DNA of 64,000 bases from Vicinamibacteria bacterium (lineage in GTDB: Bacteria; Acidobacteriota; Vicinamibacteria; Marinacidobacterales; Marinacidobacteraceae), in the NCBI GenBank assembly GCA_964291235.2, contig OZ219816.1, positions 1,856,001 to 1,920,000 of the forward strand. The letters run 5' to 3'. A program made the position numbers and the translations under genes. A model generated the notes under the pieces. It was not told where the DNA came from. It searched no databases and saw nothing but the letters and a program-made list of their open reading frames with translations. This document shows, in pieces, positions 47,826 to 57,448 of this stretch. The number at the start of each line of letters is the position of its first letter. Position 1 is the first letter of the stretch.

Positions 47826-48530
47826 GTGATCTCCGTCGTAATCCCGACGCTCGACTCCGCCAAAACCGTGGGCGCCGCCATCCGCTCCGCCCCGTTTGGT
47901 GCGGAGGTGATCGTGGCGGACGGGGGCAGCCGCGACGACACCGCCGGAGAGGCGGAGCGCGCCGGCGCCCGGGTCCTGGCGACCGCGCGGGGACGCGCCG
48001 CCCAGTTGAACGGCGGAGCGCACGCCGCAAGCGGCGACATCTTGATGTTCCTCCACGCCGACTGCCGGCTCCCGGAAGATGCCGCCCGGCAGATCGGCGT
48101 GGTACTCGGCCGGCCCGGAGTCACCGGCGGGTGGTTCCCCCTGCGGATCGACGGGGCCGGAGTGCTGCTGCGCCTCGGGGCCCGCGGGTCGAACCGGCGG
48201 GCGCGCTGGCTGGCGCTCCCGTACGGAGATCAAGCGATCTTCACCCGCCGCGACGCTTTCCGGCGGGCCGGCGGGTTCCCCGACCACCCGATCATGGAGG
48301 ACGCCGGCTTCGCACGCCGGCTGCGCCGCCTGGGCCGGCTCGAACCGGCGCGCTCTCCCGTAACTACCGGAACCGAGCACTGGCGGCGTCTCGGACCGGT
48401 GGGGACCGGGCTCCTCGACTACCTGACGCTCGGGGCCTGGCTGGTCGGGGTGCCCCCGGCGTGGATCGCTCGGGTGTACTTCCCGCTCCAGCGGGGATCT
48501 CCTACCGGAGAACCCCCGGAACAAGGCTGA
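47826..48530 (+). CDS. GT2 glycosyltransferase, TIGR04283-like
   Basis: ISVVIPTL, DGGSRD, GRAAQLNGGA, FLHAD, PYGDQAIF, IMED. Confidence 0.88.
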   Translation: MISVVIPTLDSAKTVGAAIRSAPFGAEVIVADGGSRDDTAGEAERAGARVLATARGRAAQLNGGAHAASGDILMFLHADCRLPEDAARQIGVVLGRPGVTGGWFPLRIDGAGVLLRLGARGSNRRARWLALPYGDQAIFTRRDAFRRAGGFPDHPIMEDAGFARRLRRLGRLEPARSPVTTGTEHWRRLGPVGTGLLDYLTLGAWLVGVPPAWIARVYFPLQRGSPTGEPPEQG

Positions 48531-48600
48531 CCCGCCGATCCCGCTCCCGACCTCGGCGGCGTTCGCGGGCGGCGCGGGCTGTCTCTATACTGAGGTCGTG

Positions 48601-48951
48601 ATGAAGCGATCCGGCAGCCTCCGGCGGAAGCCGCTCGCTGCGGCTGTCCTCGCCGTGGTGCTCGCCTTCGCGGTCGTCTGTCCGCTGATGGCGGCGCCCG
48701 GGATTCCTGCCGAGCAGGGATGCCACACCGGTTCCGAACCGGCTTCGGAAGGCGAACGCATGAACGTCTGCTGTTCCTCGGTCACCGTTCCCAAGCTGCT
48801 CACCCCCGACCCGGGCCCGGCGGCGGTCCTGCCGGCCTCCGTGGAGACCTCCGTAGCGCCTCCCAGGTGGAACCACCAACCGGGTGATCCCCTTCCCCCG
48901 CGCGAGCCGAACCCACCTCTCTTCGTCCAGCACGCCGCCCTGCTGATCTGA
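48601..48951 (+). CDS. small Cys/Pro-rich leader-like protein upstream of cusCBA
   Basis: Signal-like N-terminus, CPLM, GCH, MNVCC, Pro-rich tail ending PPLFVQHAALLI. Confidence 0.65.
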   Translation: MKRSGSLRRKPLAAAVLAVVLAFAVVCPLMAAPGIPAEQGCHTGSEPASEGERMNVCCSSVTVPKLLTPDPGPAAVLPASVETSVAPPRWNHQPGDPLPPREPNPPLFVQHAALLI

Positions 48952-49196
48952 GTTTCCGTCCGACGCACGTTCGGCTCCGCTGAGCCGGGCGCTGCCGGAT
49001 CGGGCTCGCGTCTCGCTCGCGCGCCCGGCAGGCGTCGCTCCCGGCCAGTCCCCTGACGACCGGCGGCCTGCGCTCGCGCAGGGTGGTCTTCCGGGCTCGC
49101 CAACCCGGTGACCCGCCGGCGGCCAGCGCCAGCCCGCCCAGCGCGGTCCCGCCCTGGCCCCGACCCGCCGCAGCCTGGCAACGGAATCTCCCAATC

Positions 49197-50537
49197 GTGT
49201 TCTTACGAAGATCCCTCTCCGGCAGCGCAGTGGCGGTCTTGCTGGCCGTCCCCGCTTCCGGAGGAACCCAGCCCGAGGCAGCGCTCGATTCCAGGCCCGA
49301 TTTCTACGCCGCCGAGCCGGAACTGAGGAGTTGCGTGGACAGCGCCATCGAGCGGCACCCCGCTCTGCTCGCATCGCGGGCGAACTACCACGCCGCCCGG
49401 GAACGGGTCCCGCAGGTCACCGCGCTCCCGGACCCGACCCTGAGCGTGAGTCAGGCGGTCCGGCGCGTGGAAACCCGCGTGGGCTCCCAGACCGGCGGCA
49501 TCACCGTGACCCAGTCCCTGCCCTGGTTCGGCGCCCGCGATCTCCGCGGCCGGGTTGCGCTCTCCGAAGCCGACGCCCAGCGCCGCGTTTACCAGGCCGA
49601 GGAGCGTGAAGTCATCGCTCGGATCAAGCGGACTTTCTACGACGTCGCCTACCTCGACGCCGCGCTCCGGCTACTGAACGAAGAGCACTCGCTCGTCGGG
49701 CACTACGAAACCCTGGCGCGGGCGCGCTATTCCACCGGCCAGGGTCTCCAGCAGGCGGTGATCCGGCTGCAGGCGGAACTCACCCGGATCGGCGACCGGC
49801 AGCGACAGCTCACCCGCCAGCGTCGGACGCTCGCCGTGAACCTCAACACGCTCTGCGCCCGGCCCCCGGAGACCGCCGTCCCGCCCATCCCCTCCCTCGA
49901 CCCGCCGGGGATGACCCTGGACCGGGCACATCTGGTGGGCCTGGGAGAGCGGAACCGGCAGGAGATGCTGGCGGCGACGGCACTGATCGAGGCGAGTCAG
50001 GACGCCGTCGAACTGGCCGGGATGAACTTCCGGCCCCGTTTCACCGCGAGCCTCGCGCTCATGAACGTTGCCGGCCGCGACCCGGCGGACGTCCTCGGAC
50101 CGCTCCCTCCGGATGAGGGCAAGAACTCCCTGAGCCTGTCGCTGGGGGTGTCGCTACCGGTGTGGAAGGAGAGCTACCGCGCTGGCGTCGAAGAAGCCGG
50201 GTACCGGCTCACGGCGCATCGAAGGCGTCTCGAAGAAGCCCGGGACGCCATGGAAAGCGCGGTGGAGCACGCCCTGATCCGGGTCGAGACCATCGAGGAA
50301 CAGCTCGCCCTGCTCGACACCGTGCTCGTTCCGCAGAGTGAGGAAACGCTCCACGCCACCGAGACCGCCTACGAAACGGGTCAGGTGGGAGTGCTGGACC
50401 TGCTCGACAGCGAACGCGTGCAACTCGACGTCCTGAGGATGCGGGCCCGCTACCTGTCCGACCTCCTCATTGCACTCGCCGATCTCGAACGTGGCATCGG
50501 CACCCGGGTACCCCTGCCCGCCGGGAGGGCCTCATGA
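49197..50537 (+). CDS. TolC family outer-membrane efflux protein (CusC role)
   Basis: LPDP, QSLPWFG, ARYSTG, AYETGQ..LDLLD; GTG 49197 precedes a signal peptide; ATGA overlap with cusB. Confidence 0.9.
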   Translation: MFLRRSLSGSAVAVLLAVPASGGTQPEAALDSRPDFYAAEPELRSCVDSAIERHPALLASRANYHAARERVPQVTALPDPTLSVSQAVRRVETRVGSQTGGITVTQSLPWFGARDLRGRVALSEADAQRRVYQAEEREVIARIKRTFYDVAYLDAALRLLNEEHSLVGHYETLARARYSTGQGLQQAVIRLQAELTRIGDRQRQLTRQRRTLAVNLNTLCARPPETAVPPIPSLDPPGMTLDRAHLVGLGERNRQEMLAATALIEASQDAVELAGMNFRPRFTASLALMNVAGRDPADVLGPLPPDEGKNSLSLSLGVSLPVWKESYRAGVEEAGYRLTAHRRRLEEARDAMESAVEHALIRVETIEEQLALLDTVLVPQSEETLHATETAYETGQVGVLDLLDSERVQLDVLRMRARYLSDLLIALADLERGIGTRVPLPAGRAS

Positions 50538-52015
50538 ACCGCACGCTCGTTATCGGGGCCGGCGCCTTCTTCGCCGGCATGGCGCTCGTCGCTCTCGCCG
50601 GGTTCGCCCTCGGCGGCTGGGAGTGGCCTCCCCGCTACGGCGTGCCCACCGAACAACACGAAGGGCACGACATGAGCGCCCCGGCCGCACAAGCGGAACG
50701 GGAAATCCTCTACTGGCGCGCCCCCATGGACCCGAACTTCACCTCGGATCGGCCCGGCAAGTCCCCCATGGGAATGGACCTCGTCCCGGTCTACGCGGAT
50801 CCTGCCCCGCCGGCGGAACGGGAGGTCCTCTACTGGCGCGCCCCCATGGACCCGAACTTCACCTCGGATCGGCCCGGCAAGTCCCCCATGGGCATGGATC
50901 TCGTCCCGGTTTACGCGGACGAAGCAGGGAGTCAACCGGAGGGGACGGTGCGCATCGACCCGACCTTCGTGCAGCGGATCGGCGTCCGCACGGCGCCCAT
51001 CGAGCGGCGCGACATCGCCCAGACGATCCGGACCGTCGGCACCCTCGCCCATAACGACAAACAGATCGCCTGGGTGGGCACGAAGTACGACGGCTGGATC
51101 GAAAACGTCGCGGTGAACTATCTCGGCGAGACCGTCGAGCAGGGCCAGGTGCTCTTCGACATCTACAGCCCGCAAATCGTCGCCACCCAGACCGAGTACC
51201 TCCACGCGCTGCACTACGCGGAGCGGCTGGACGCCTCGCAGTACCCCGACGTCGCCGAACGGGCGCGCTCGCTCGTGGAATCGGCCCGCACCCGGCTCCG
51301 CTACTGGGACATCACCGACGATCAGATCGCCATTCTGGAGCAGGAAGAGGCCCCGCGCCGCACGCTCTCGGTGGTCTCCCCCGTGACCGGCGTCGTGGTG
51401 GAGAAGGTGGACGAGGCGCTCGAGGGCATGTACGTCGAGCCGGGGATGAACCTCTACAAGGTGGCCGACCTCACCACCATCTGGGTGGACGTCGAGATCT
51501 TCGAGCACCAGGTGCAGGCCATGCGGATCGGCCAGCGGGCCGAGGTGGAACTGCCTTACGTGCCGGGACGGCCCTACACGGGCTTCGTCCGTTTCCTGTA
51601 TCCCCATTTCAACCAGGAGACGCGGACCATGACCGTGTCCATCGAGCTCGCGAATCCCGATCTGGCGCTCCGCGCGGGCATGTACGCGAACGTCACCTTC
51701 GACGTTCCGGTGGCCCGGGATGCCCTGGCGGTTCCCGAAGAAGCGGTGATCCGGAGCGGCACCCGGGACCTGGTGGTCCTTGAACTCTCGCCGGGCCTGT
51801 TCCGGGTGGCGGACGTCACTCTGGGCGCCAGCGGCGAGGGGCTGCTGGAGATCGTCGAGGGCGTAACCGAAGGGGACCGGGTCGTGGTCTCGGCCCAATT
51901 CCTGATCGATTCCGAAAGCAACCTCACCCAGGCCATCAAGGCGCCCGTCGCCGAACCGGAGGCCGCGGAGCCCGAGGCGCCGGAACCGGCCATGACCCAC
52001 CGCCACCACGGCTAG
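50534..52015 (+). CDS. cusB: CusB-type RND periplasmic adaptor with two Met-rich heavy-metal-binding domains
   Basis: Two YWRAPMDPNFTSDRPGKSPMGMDLVPVY; YSPQI, GMYA, AQFLIDSES; His-rich ends. Confidence 0.9.
   Translation: MNRTLVIGAGAFFAGMALVALAGFALGGWEWPPRYGVPTEQHEGHDMSAPAAQAEREILYWRAPMDPNFTSDRPGKSPMGMDLVPVYADPAPPAEREVLYWRAPMDPNFTSDRPGKSPMGMDLVPVYADEAGSQPEGTVRIDPTFVQRIGVRTAPIERRDIAQTIRTVGTLAHNDKQIAWVGTKYDGWIENVAVNYLGETVEQGQVLFDIYSPQIVATQTEYLHALHYAERLDASQYPDVAERARSLVESARTRLRYWDITDDQIAILEQEEAPRRTLSVVSPVTGVVVEKVDEALEGMYVEPGMNLYKVADLTTIWVDVEIFEHQVQAMRIGQRAEVELPYVPGRPYTGFVRFLYPHFNQETRTMTVSIELANPDLALRAGMYANVTFDVPVARDALAVPEEAVIRSGTRDLVVLELSPGLFRVADVTLGASGEGLLEIVEGVTEGDRVVVSAQFLIDSESNLTQAIKAPVAEPEAAEPEAPEPAMTHRHHG
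50693..50919 (+). repeat. intragenic tandem duplication, period 120 bp
   Basis: Near-identical DNA at 50693-50799 and 50813-50919. Confidence 0.95.
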
Positions 52016-52019
52016 CCCC

Positions 52020-55000
52020 ATGCTGACGCGCCTCATCGAGTGGTCGCTCCGGAACCGCCTGTTCATCCTCGTGCTGGCGGTGTTCCTCGCCGTCGCCGGG
52101 TTCCAGGCGCTCCGCGCCACTCCACTGGATGCGCTGCCGGATCTCTCCGACGTCCAGGTGATCGTGTTCACGGACTACCCGGGACAGGCCCCGCAGGTCG
52201 TCGAAGACCAGGTCACCTACCCGATCACCACCCAGATGCTCGCGGTCCCATCGGCCACCGTGGTGCGGGGCTATTCGTTCTTCGGCTTCTCGTTCGTCTA
52301 CGTGATCTTCGAGGATGGCACCGATCTCTACTGGGCCCGGAGCCGGGTTCTCGAGTACCTCAACTACGTCAGCGGCAGGCTCCCGGAGGGAGTCAGCCCC
52401 ACCCTGGGCCCCGACGCCAGCGGCGTCGGCTGGGCCTACATGTACGCGCTCCGCTCCGCGGACCACGATCTCGCCGAACTGCGGTCGCTCCAGGACTGGT
52501 TCCTCAAGTACGAACTCACCGCGGTCCAGGGGGTCTCGGAGGTGGCGAGCGTCGGCGGGTTCGTGCGCCAGTACCAGATCACCGTGGATCCGAATCGGCT
52601 CCGCGCCTACGACATCTCCCTGTCCCGCATCCGGGACGCGGTGCAGCGCAGCAACACGGACGTGGGGGGACGGGTCTTCGAGACCGCCGAGACGGAGTTC
52701 ATGGTTCGCGGGCAGGGCTATATCCAGGGGCTCGACGACGTGCGCCGCATTGCGCTCGGGGTGGACGCTTCCGGCACTCCGGTCACCGTCGAGGATGTCG
52801 CAACCGTCCAGTTCGGACCGGAAATCCGCCGGGGGCTGGCCGAACTGAACGGCGAGGGAGAGGTGGTCGGCGGCATCGTCGTGGTGCGGTCGGGCGCGAA
52901 CGTCCACGACGTCGTCGGACGGGTCAAGGCGCGGCTCGAAGAGCTCCAGGCGGGCCTTCCCGAAGGCGTGGAGGTGGTGCCGGTCTACGACCGGACGGAA
53001 CTGATCGAGAACTCCGTCGCCACCCTCCGCGAGAAGCTGATCGAGGAGATGGCGATCGTGGCGCTGGTCTGCGTCGTCTTCCTGATGCACCTGCGCTCCG
53101 CGCTGGTCGCGGTGATCACCCTGCCACTCGCGGTGCTGATGGCGTTCATCGTGATGTACGTGCAGGGGGTCGGGGCCAACATCATGTCGCTCGGCGGCAT
53201 CGCGATCGCCGTCGGGGCCATGGTGGACGCGGCGATCGTGATCGTGGAGAACGCCCACCGGCACCTGGAGCGGGACCGGGGCAAGGTACCCCACTGGAAG
53301 ATCATCGCGCGCGCCTCCACCGAGGTCGGGCCCACCCTCTTCTTCGCGCTGCTGGTGATCACAATCTCCTTCGCGCCCATCTTCGCGCTGGAGGCACAGG
53401 AAGGCCGGCTCTTCCGCCCGCTCGCGTTCACGAAGACCTACGCGATGGCCGCTGCGGCGCTGCTCTCCGTGACCCTCGTGCCGGTTCTCGCCGGCTTCTG
53501 GATCCGCGGGCGTATCCGGCCGGCGCGCCGCAATCCGGTCACCTGGCTGCTCATGGCGCTCTACCGCCCCATCCTGCGTCGGGTGCTGGCCTGGCGGTGG
53601 GCGGTCCTCGCGCTCACCCTGGCGGGAGCGGCCGCCACCGCGGTGCCGGTCTCGCGTCTCGGATCCGAGTTCATGCCGCCGCTCTGGGAAGGGGACCTGC
53701 TTTACATGCCGACCACCCTGCCCGGGGTCTCGATTACCAAGGCTCGCGAGGTGCTGCAGCAAACCGACCGGATCCTCCGGGACTTCCCCGAAGTGGACCA
53801 GGTATTTGGCAAGGTCGGACGCGCCGACACGGCCACCGACCCGGCGCCGCTGAGCATGATCGAGACGACGATCCTGCTGAAACCGGAGAGCGAGTGGCGG
53901 CCGGGCATGACCCCGGACCGGCTCATCGAGGAGATGGACGACGCCATCCGCTTCCCCGGACTGACCAACGCCTGGACGATGCCCATCAAGACCCGGATCG
54001 ACATGCTGTCCACCGGCATCAAGACCCCGGTGGGAGTCAAGCTGTCCGGTCCCGACCTGAGCGTGCTCGAGGATCTGGGCAGCCAGGTCGAAGCGGTCGT
54101 GCGCGACGTTCCGGGCACCCGTTCCGCCTATTCGGAACGGGCCATGGGCGGCAACTACCTGAACTTCACGATCCGCCGGGACGCCATCGCCCGCTACGGC
54201 CTGACGGTGGCCGACGTGCAGGAGGTCATCCAGTCGGCGATCGGCGGAATGAACATCACGACGACCGTGGAGGGGCTGGAGCGGTACCCGGTCAACCTCC
54301 GCTACAGCCGCGATCTGCGCGACAACCCGGCCGATTTCGGGGACATCCTCGTCCAGACGCCGACCCGGCAGCAGATCCCGCTCGCTTTCCTCGCGGACAT
54401 GTCCTTCGTCAAGGGACCGCCGGTCGTCAAGAGCGAGCAGTCCCGCCCGAACGCGTGGATCTACGTGGACATCGAGGACGTGGACATCGGAACCTACGTC
54501 GAGAACGCCCAGGCGGCGGTCGCCGCGGAGGTCGAGATCCCGACGGGCTACAGCCTCGGCTGGAGCGGGCAGTACGAGTTCCTGCTCCGCGCCCGCGAGC
54601 GCATGGAAATCATGATTCCGCTCACCCTGTTGCTCATTCTGCTCACGATCCAGATGAGCACCCGCTCGCTGTCGCGGACGCTGATCGTGGTGACGGCGGT
54701 GCCCCTCTCCCTCGTGGGCACCTTCTGGCTCCTCTTCGCGCTCGACTACAACCTGAGCATCGCGGTCGGTGTCGGGATCATCGCCCTCGCCGGGCTGAGC
54801 GCCGAGACGGGCGTCGTGATGCTTCTCTATCTCGACCGCTCCTGCGAAGCGGCCCGGGAGACGGGACGCCTCACGAACCGCGCCGAGCTGAGCGAGGCGG
54901 TGTTTGACGGCGCGCTCCGGCGTGTTCGTCCCGTCGCCATGCTGACCGCCACCACCGCGCTCGGCCTGCTGCCCATCATGTGGAGCACCGGCGCCGGGTC

Positions 55001-55142
55001 GGACGTCATGAAGCGGATCGCCGCCCCCATGGTGGGCGGAGTGGTGACCGCCGCATTGGTAGTGCTGGTGGTGTTTCCCGCGATCTACTTCATCTGGCGA
55101 GCGCGCGGGCTGCCGCGGACGACCGATGTCGCCCGGGACTAG
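52020..55142 (+). CDS. cusA: CusA/SilA heavy-metal RND efflux permease
   Basis: DALPDLSDVQVI, GPDASGVGW, GAMVDAAIV, Met sites LLYMP / PLSMIE / WTMPIK, RIAAPMVGG. Confidence 0.96.
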   Translation: MLTRLIEWSLRNRLFILVLAVFLAVAGFQALRATPLDALPDLSDVQVIVFTDYPGQAPQVVEDQVTYPITTQMLAVPSATVVRGYSFFGFSFVYVIFEDGTDLYWARSRVLEYLNYVSGRLPEGVSPTLGPDASGVGWAYMYALRSADHDLAELRSLQDWFLKYELTAVQGVSEVASVGGFVRQYQITVDPNRLRAYDISLSRIRDAVQRSNTDVGGRVFETAETEFMVRGQGYIQGLDDVRRIALGVDASGTPVTVEDVATVQFGPEIRRGLAELNGEGEVVGGIVVVRSGANVHDVVGRVKARLEELQAGLPEGVEVVPVYDRTELIENSVATLREKLIEEMAIVALVCVVFLMHLRSALVAVITLPLAVLMAFIVMYVQGVGANIMSLGGIAIAVGAMVDAAIVIVENAHRHLERDRGKVPHWKIIARASTEVGPTLFFALLVITISFAPIFALEAQEGRLFRPLAFTKTYAMAAAALLSVTLVPVLAGFWIRGRIRPARRNPVTWLLMALYRPILRRVLAWRWAVLALTLAGAAATAVPVSRLGSEFMPPLWEGDLLYMPTTLPGVSITKAREVLQQTDRILRDFPEVDQVFGKVGRADTATDPAPLSMIETTILLKPESEWRPGMTPDRLIEEMDDAIRFPGLTNAWTMPIKTRIDMLSTGIKTPVGVKLSGPDLSVLEDLGSQVEAVVRDVPGTRSAYSERAMGGNYLNFTIRRDAIARYGLTVADVQEVIQSAIGGMNITTTVEGLERYPVNLRYSRDLRDNPADFGDILVQTPTRQQIPLAFLADMSFVKGPPVVKSEQSRPNAWIYVDIEDVDIGTYVENAQAAVAAEVEIPTGYSLGWSGQYEFLLRARERMEIMIPLTLLLILLTIQMSTRSLSRTLIVVTAVPLSLVGTFWLLFALDYNLSIAVGVGIIALAGLSAETGVVMLLYLDRSCEAARETGRLTNRAELSEAVFDGALRRVRPVAMLTATTALGLLPIMWSTGAGSDVMKRIAAPMVGGVVTAALVVLVVFPAIYFIWRARGLPRTTDVARD

Positions 55143-55276
55143 GGCCGGACGATCGCGGAAGAGCGCTCGTAGCGAGCCATGAGTGTCTTCGCGGACACCT
55201 CCAGGTTCCGCGCTACACCTTCCGGATCGCCGGCCACCCGGATCTGATCGCCCAGTTCATCGAACTGCAGCGCCAT
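55139..55276 (-). CDS. possible 45-aa protein
   Basis: ATG overlaps upstream TGA (TGATG); MALQFDELGDQIRVAGDPEGVARNLEVSAKTLMARYERSSAIVRP; stop overlaps cusA stop at CTAG. Confidence 0.3.
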   Translation of the reverse strand: MALQFDELGDQIRVAGDPEGVARNLEVSAKTLMARYERSSAIVRP

Positions 55277-56136
55277 CACCGGCGCGGCGAAGGCGGATCG
55301 ACCGGCCCGCCCGCTGACGATGCGGGGAGGGCCAGCATCCCGGTCCCCGCCAGCACCGCCAGGTCGACAAACAGCAGCGGCGCGAACGGCGGAGCGCCGT
55401 GGACGAACGCCTCGAAGGGCCGTCCGCCGATGGCGCTGATCCCGGCGTCGAGGTGCAGCCAGAAGCCGAGCAGGCCGACTCCGACCTGAACCAGCAGCGT
55501 GAGACACGCGAGGCGGACGAGCCCCGGCGCGGGGGTGCGCCGCAATCCCACGAGGACGAGGTTCGACACCGCGAGCGCCGCCGCGACCACCGGAATCCAC
55601 TCGGTCCAGAAGGAAAATCCGTTCTGTTCGTGGTCCAGCAACGAGAGCACGAAGTTGCCCGCGAACCCGCCGGCCGCGAACATCGTCACCCAGCGGCCCC
55701 AGCCGAAATCGTCTGCGGCGGGACGGAACAGGCTTCTCCGGTTGGCGAGCAACAGGAACCCGATCCCGGCGTAGGCCAGCGGCGCCACGAACGGCGCCGC
55801 ATAGACAAGCCCGTCGAGGGCGAAACGGCGAAAGAAGGCGCTCTGGAGGTGCAGGATCGTCCCCCAGATCCCCACCCCCACCGAGAGCGCGCCGATCACA
55901 CCCCCGGCCCACCGCGCTGCCGGCGCATCGGGCCCCCGTCCGGACGCGAGCAGCCCGAAGAGCACAAGTCCGCCGGCCAGCGAGAACCACAGCGGCAGCC
56001 ACTCGACCGGCTCGCGGAACGAATTGACCGAGTGTGCGAAGAAGATGTCCACGGCCAGAAACAGCAGGTTCCCGGCGAGAAAGACCTCGAGCAAGAGGCG
56101 CCGGCGGCGCCGCAGAAACGCGAGGCGGCGGCTCAC
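55276..56136 (-). CDS. uncharacterised integral membrane protein, two internal repeats, four repeat-conserved His
   Basis: H..N.F...EW.P, GVG..G..LHL and AP..APL each occur twice; about 8 hydrophobic segments. Confidence 0.78.
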   Translation of the reverse strand: MSRRLAFLRRRRRLLLEVFLAGNLLFLAVDIFFAHSVNSFREPVEWLPLWFSLAGGLVLFGLLASGRGPDAPAARWAGGVIGALSVGVGIWGTILHLQSAFFRRFALDGLVYAAPFVAPLAYAGIGFLLLANRRSLFRPAADDFGWGRWVTMFAAGGFAGNFVLSLLDHEQNGFSFWTEWIPVVAAALAVSNLVLVGLRRTPAPGLVRLACLTLLVQVGVGLLGFWLHLDAGISAIGGRPFEAFVHGAPPFAPLLFVDLAVLAGTGMLALPASSAGGPVDPPSPRR

Positions 56137-56185
56137 GGGGCGCTGATTCGGCCGCTCGGGGTTCCGGCTGCCCGACCGGCCCCGG

Positions 56186-57448
56186 TCATTCCCGCTCGAG
56201 CCCGGCGATCCGTTCCTCGATCTCGCTGAGCCGGTTCAGCAGATCGTAGGTGCCGTGCCACTGCACGAAGTCGGCGCCATCCATGAAGGCGCCGTGTTTC
56301 ACCGTCCGCCCCGCGTAGTGCCACGCGTCGAAGAACAGGAAGTCGAGCGGCTCGTCAAACGGGGCATCGGTCAGCAGCCCGGCTTCCTGGACCTCGGCCA
56401 TCCGCTCCATGAGCGCCGACACCCGGACATTCGTGATGTCCACGACCCTCTCCGCCTCCGCGTAGAACTGTTGAATCTGCTTCTCCGCGTGGCACTTGAG
56501 GCAGATGCCCTGCATCTCGGCCTGCGCCTGGTCGTAGTGCGGACGTTTCTCGGAAACCGGCGCGAAGAGCCACCACGAGAGACGCTCGGTGGTGTCGTGG
56601 GTCACCTTGGCGCCCTCGAGCCCGCTCAGGTGGCAGGTGGCGCAGGTCGGGACCGGCATGTCGAACGCGGTGAGCAGCTTCGGCTCCGCATCCAGGTTCA
56701 TCAGGTGGCGCTGCGCCTCGAAGAGGATGCCGTGCTTCGACTCGCTGTAGATCTCCTTCTGGGCGTGGTCGGGCCCCATGTGGCACTGCCCGCAGGTCGC
56801 CGGCGACCGGGCCAGCGAGATGGCGGTGGAGTGCCGGCTGTGGCAGGCCGTGCATGTCCCGATGGAGCCGTCGGCGTTGGGCTGGCCGATGTCGTGGCAG
56901 CCAAGACAACCCGAAACGGCCGTCGCTTCGCCTTCCAGCCGGGCCAGCGCGTTCGGGGGGCGCCGTACCGCCCCCGGATGAAGTTCCTCCGCCCGCGCGA
57001 TCCGCTCGGTGGGGAACGTCGCGGGGTATCCCTCGGTACCCATGACCGCCGCGTAGGCGGGGAGCGCGTGCCGGCTGCGTTCGAACTGGCGCACCTCGTC
57101 GGCGTGGCAGTCCTGGCAGGCGAGGGCGGTGGCCGCGGTGGTCATTTCGAACCCGTGGTGCTCGAGGGCCGTCTGTCCCGGGCGCACCTGGTGGCAGTCG
57201 AGGCAGGTGACTCCGGCCCCGGCATGGGCGCTCATTTCAAACTGCGCCACCACCGCGCCGGTCTCGTTCCGGTGGCAGTTCGCGCACTCGCCGCTCGCCC
57301 GGATCTGTTCCGCCGACCGGCCGGCCACCCGGGGGCGGGCCTGGTGAAGCAGCACGGCGCCCGCCACCAGGACTCCGGCCACGCCGACGACCGCGACCAC
57401 GTCACGGAAGCGGATCCCGGCGAACGTCGGTGAACCTTGACCGGCCAT
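56186..57448 (-). CDS. membrane-anchored octaheme cytochrome c, hydroxylamine oxidoreductase (HAO) family
   Basis: Eight CxxCH (CANCH, CLDCH, CQDCH, CLGCH, CTACH, CGQCH, CATCH, CLKCH); GPDHAQKEIYSESKHG; HGAFMDGADFVQWHG. Confidence 0.88.
   Translation of the reverse strand: MAGQGSPTFAGIRFRDVVAVVGVAGVLVAGAVLLHQARPRVAGRSAEQIRASGECANCHRNETGAVVAQFEMSAHAGAGVTCLDCHQVRPGQTALEHHGFEMTTAATALACQDCHADEVRQFERSRHALPAYAAVMGTEGYPATFPTERIARAEELHPGAVRRPPNALARLEGEATAVSGCLGCHDIGQPNADGSIGTCTACHSRHSTAISLARSPATCGQCHMGPDHAQKEIYSESKHGILFEAQRHLMNLDAEPKLLTAFDMPVPTCATCHLSGLEGAKVTHDTTERLSWWLFAPVSEKRPHYDQAQAEMQGICLKCHAEKQIQQFYAEAERVVDITNVRVSALMERMAEVQEAGLLTDAPFDEPLDFLFFDAWHYAGRTVKHGAFMDGADFVQWHGTYDLLNRLSEIEERIAGLERE

Noticed and set aside
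47826-48530. Arsenosugar biosynthesis cluster
   Set aside because: Only the glycosyltransferase is present; no arsM, arsS or TIGR04282-like partner in the window
52040-54907. 955-aa alternative-frame ORF over cusA
   Set aside because: Arg/Pro/Gly-rich frame-shifted shadow without recognisable domains
56186-57448. Evidence for ammonia oxidation or anammox
   Set aside because: No amo, cycAB or hzs genes here and the cross-link Tyr appears to be absent
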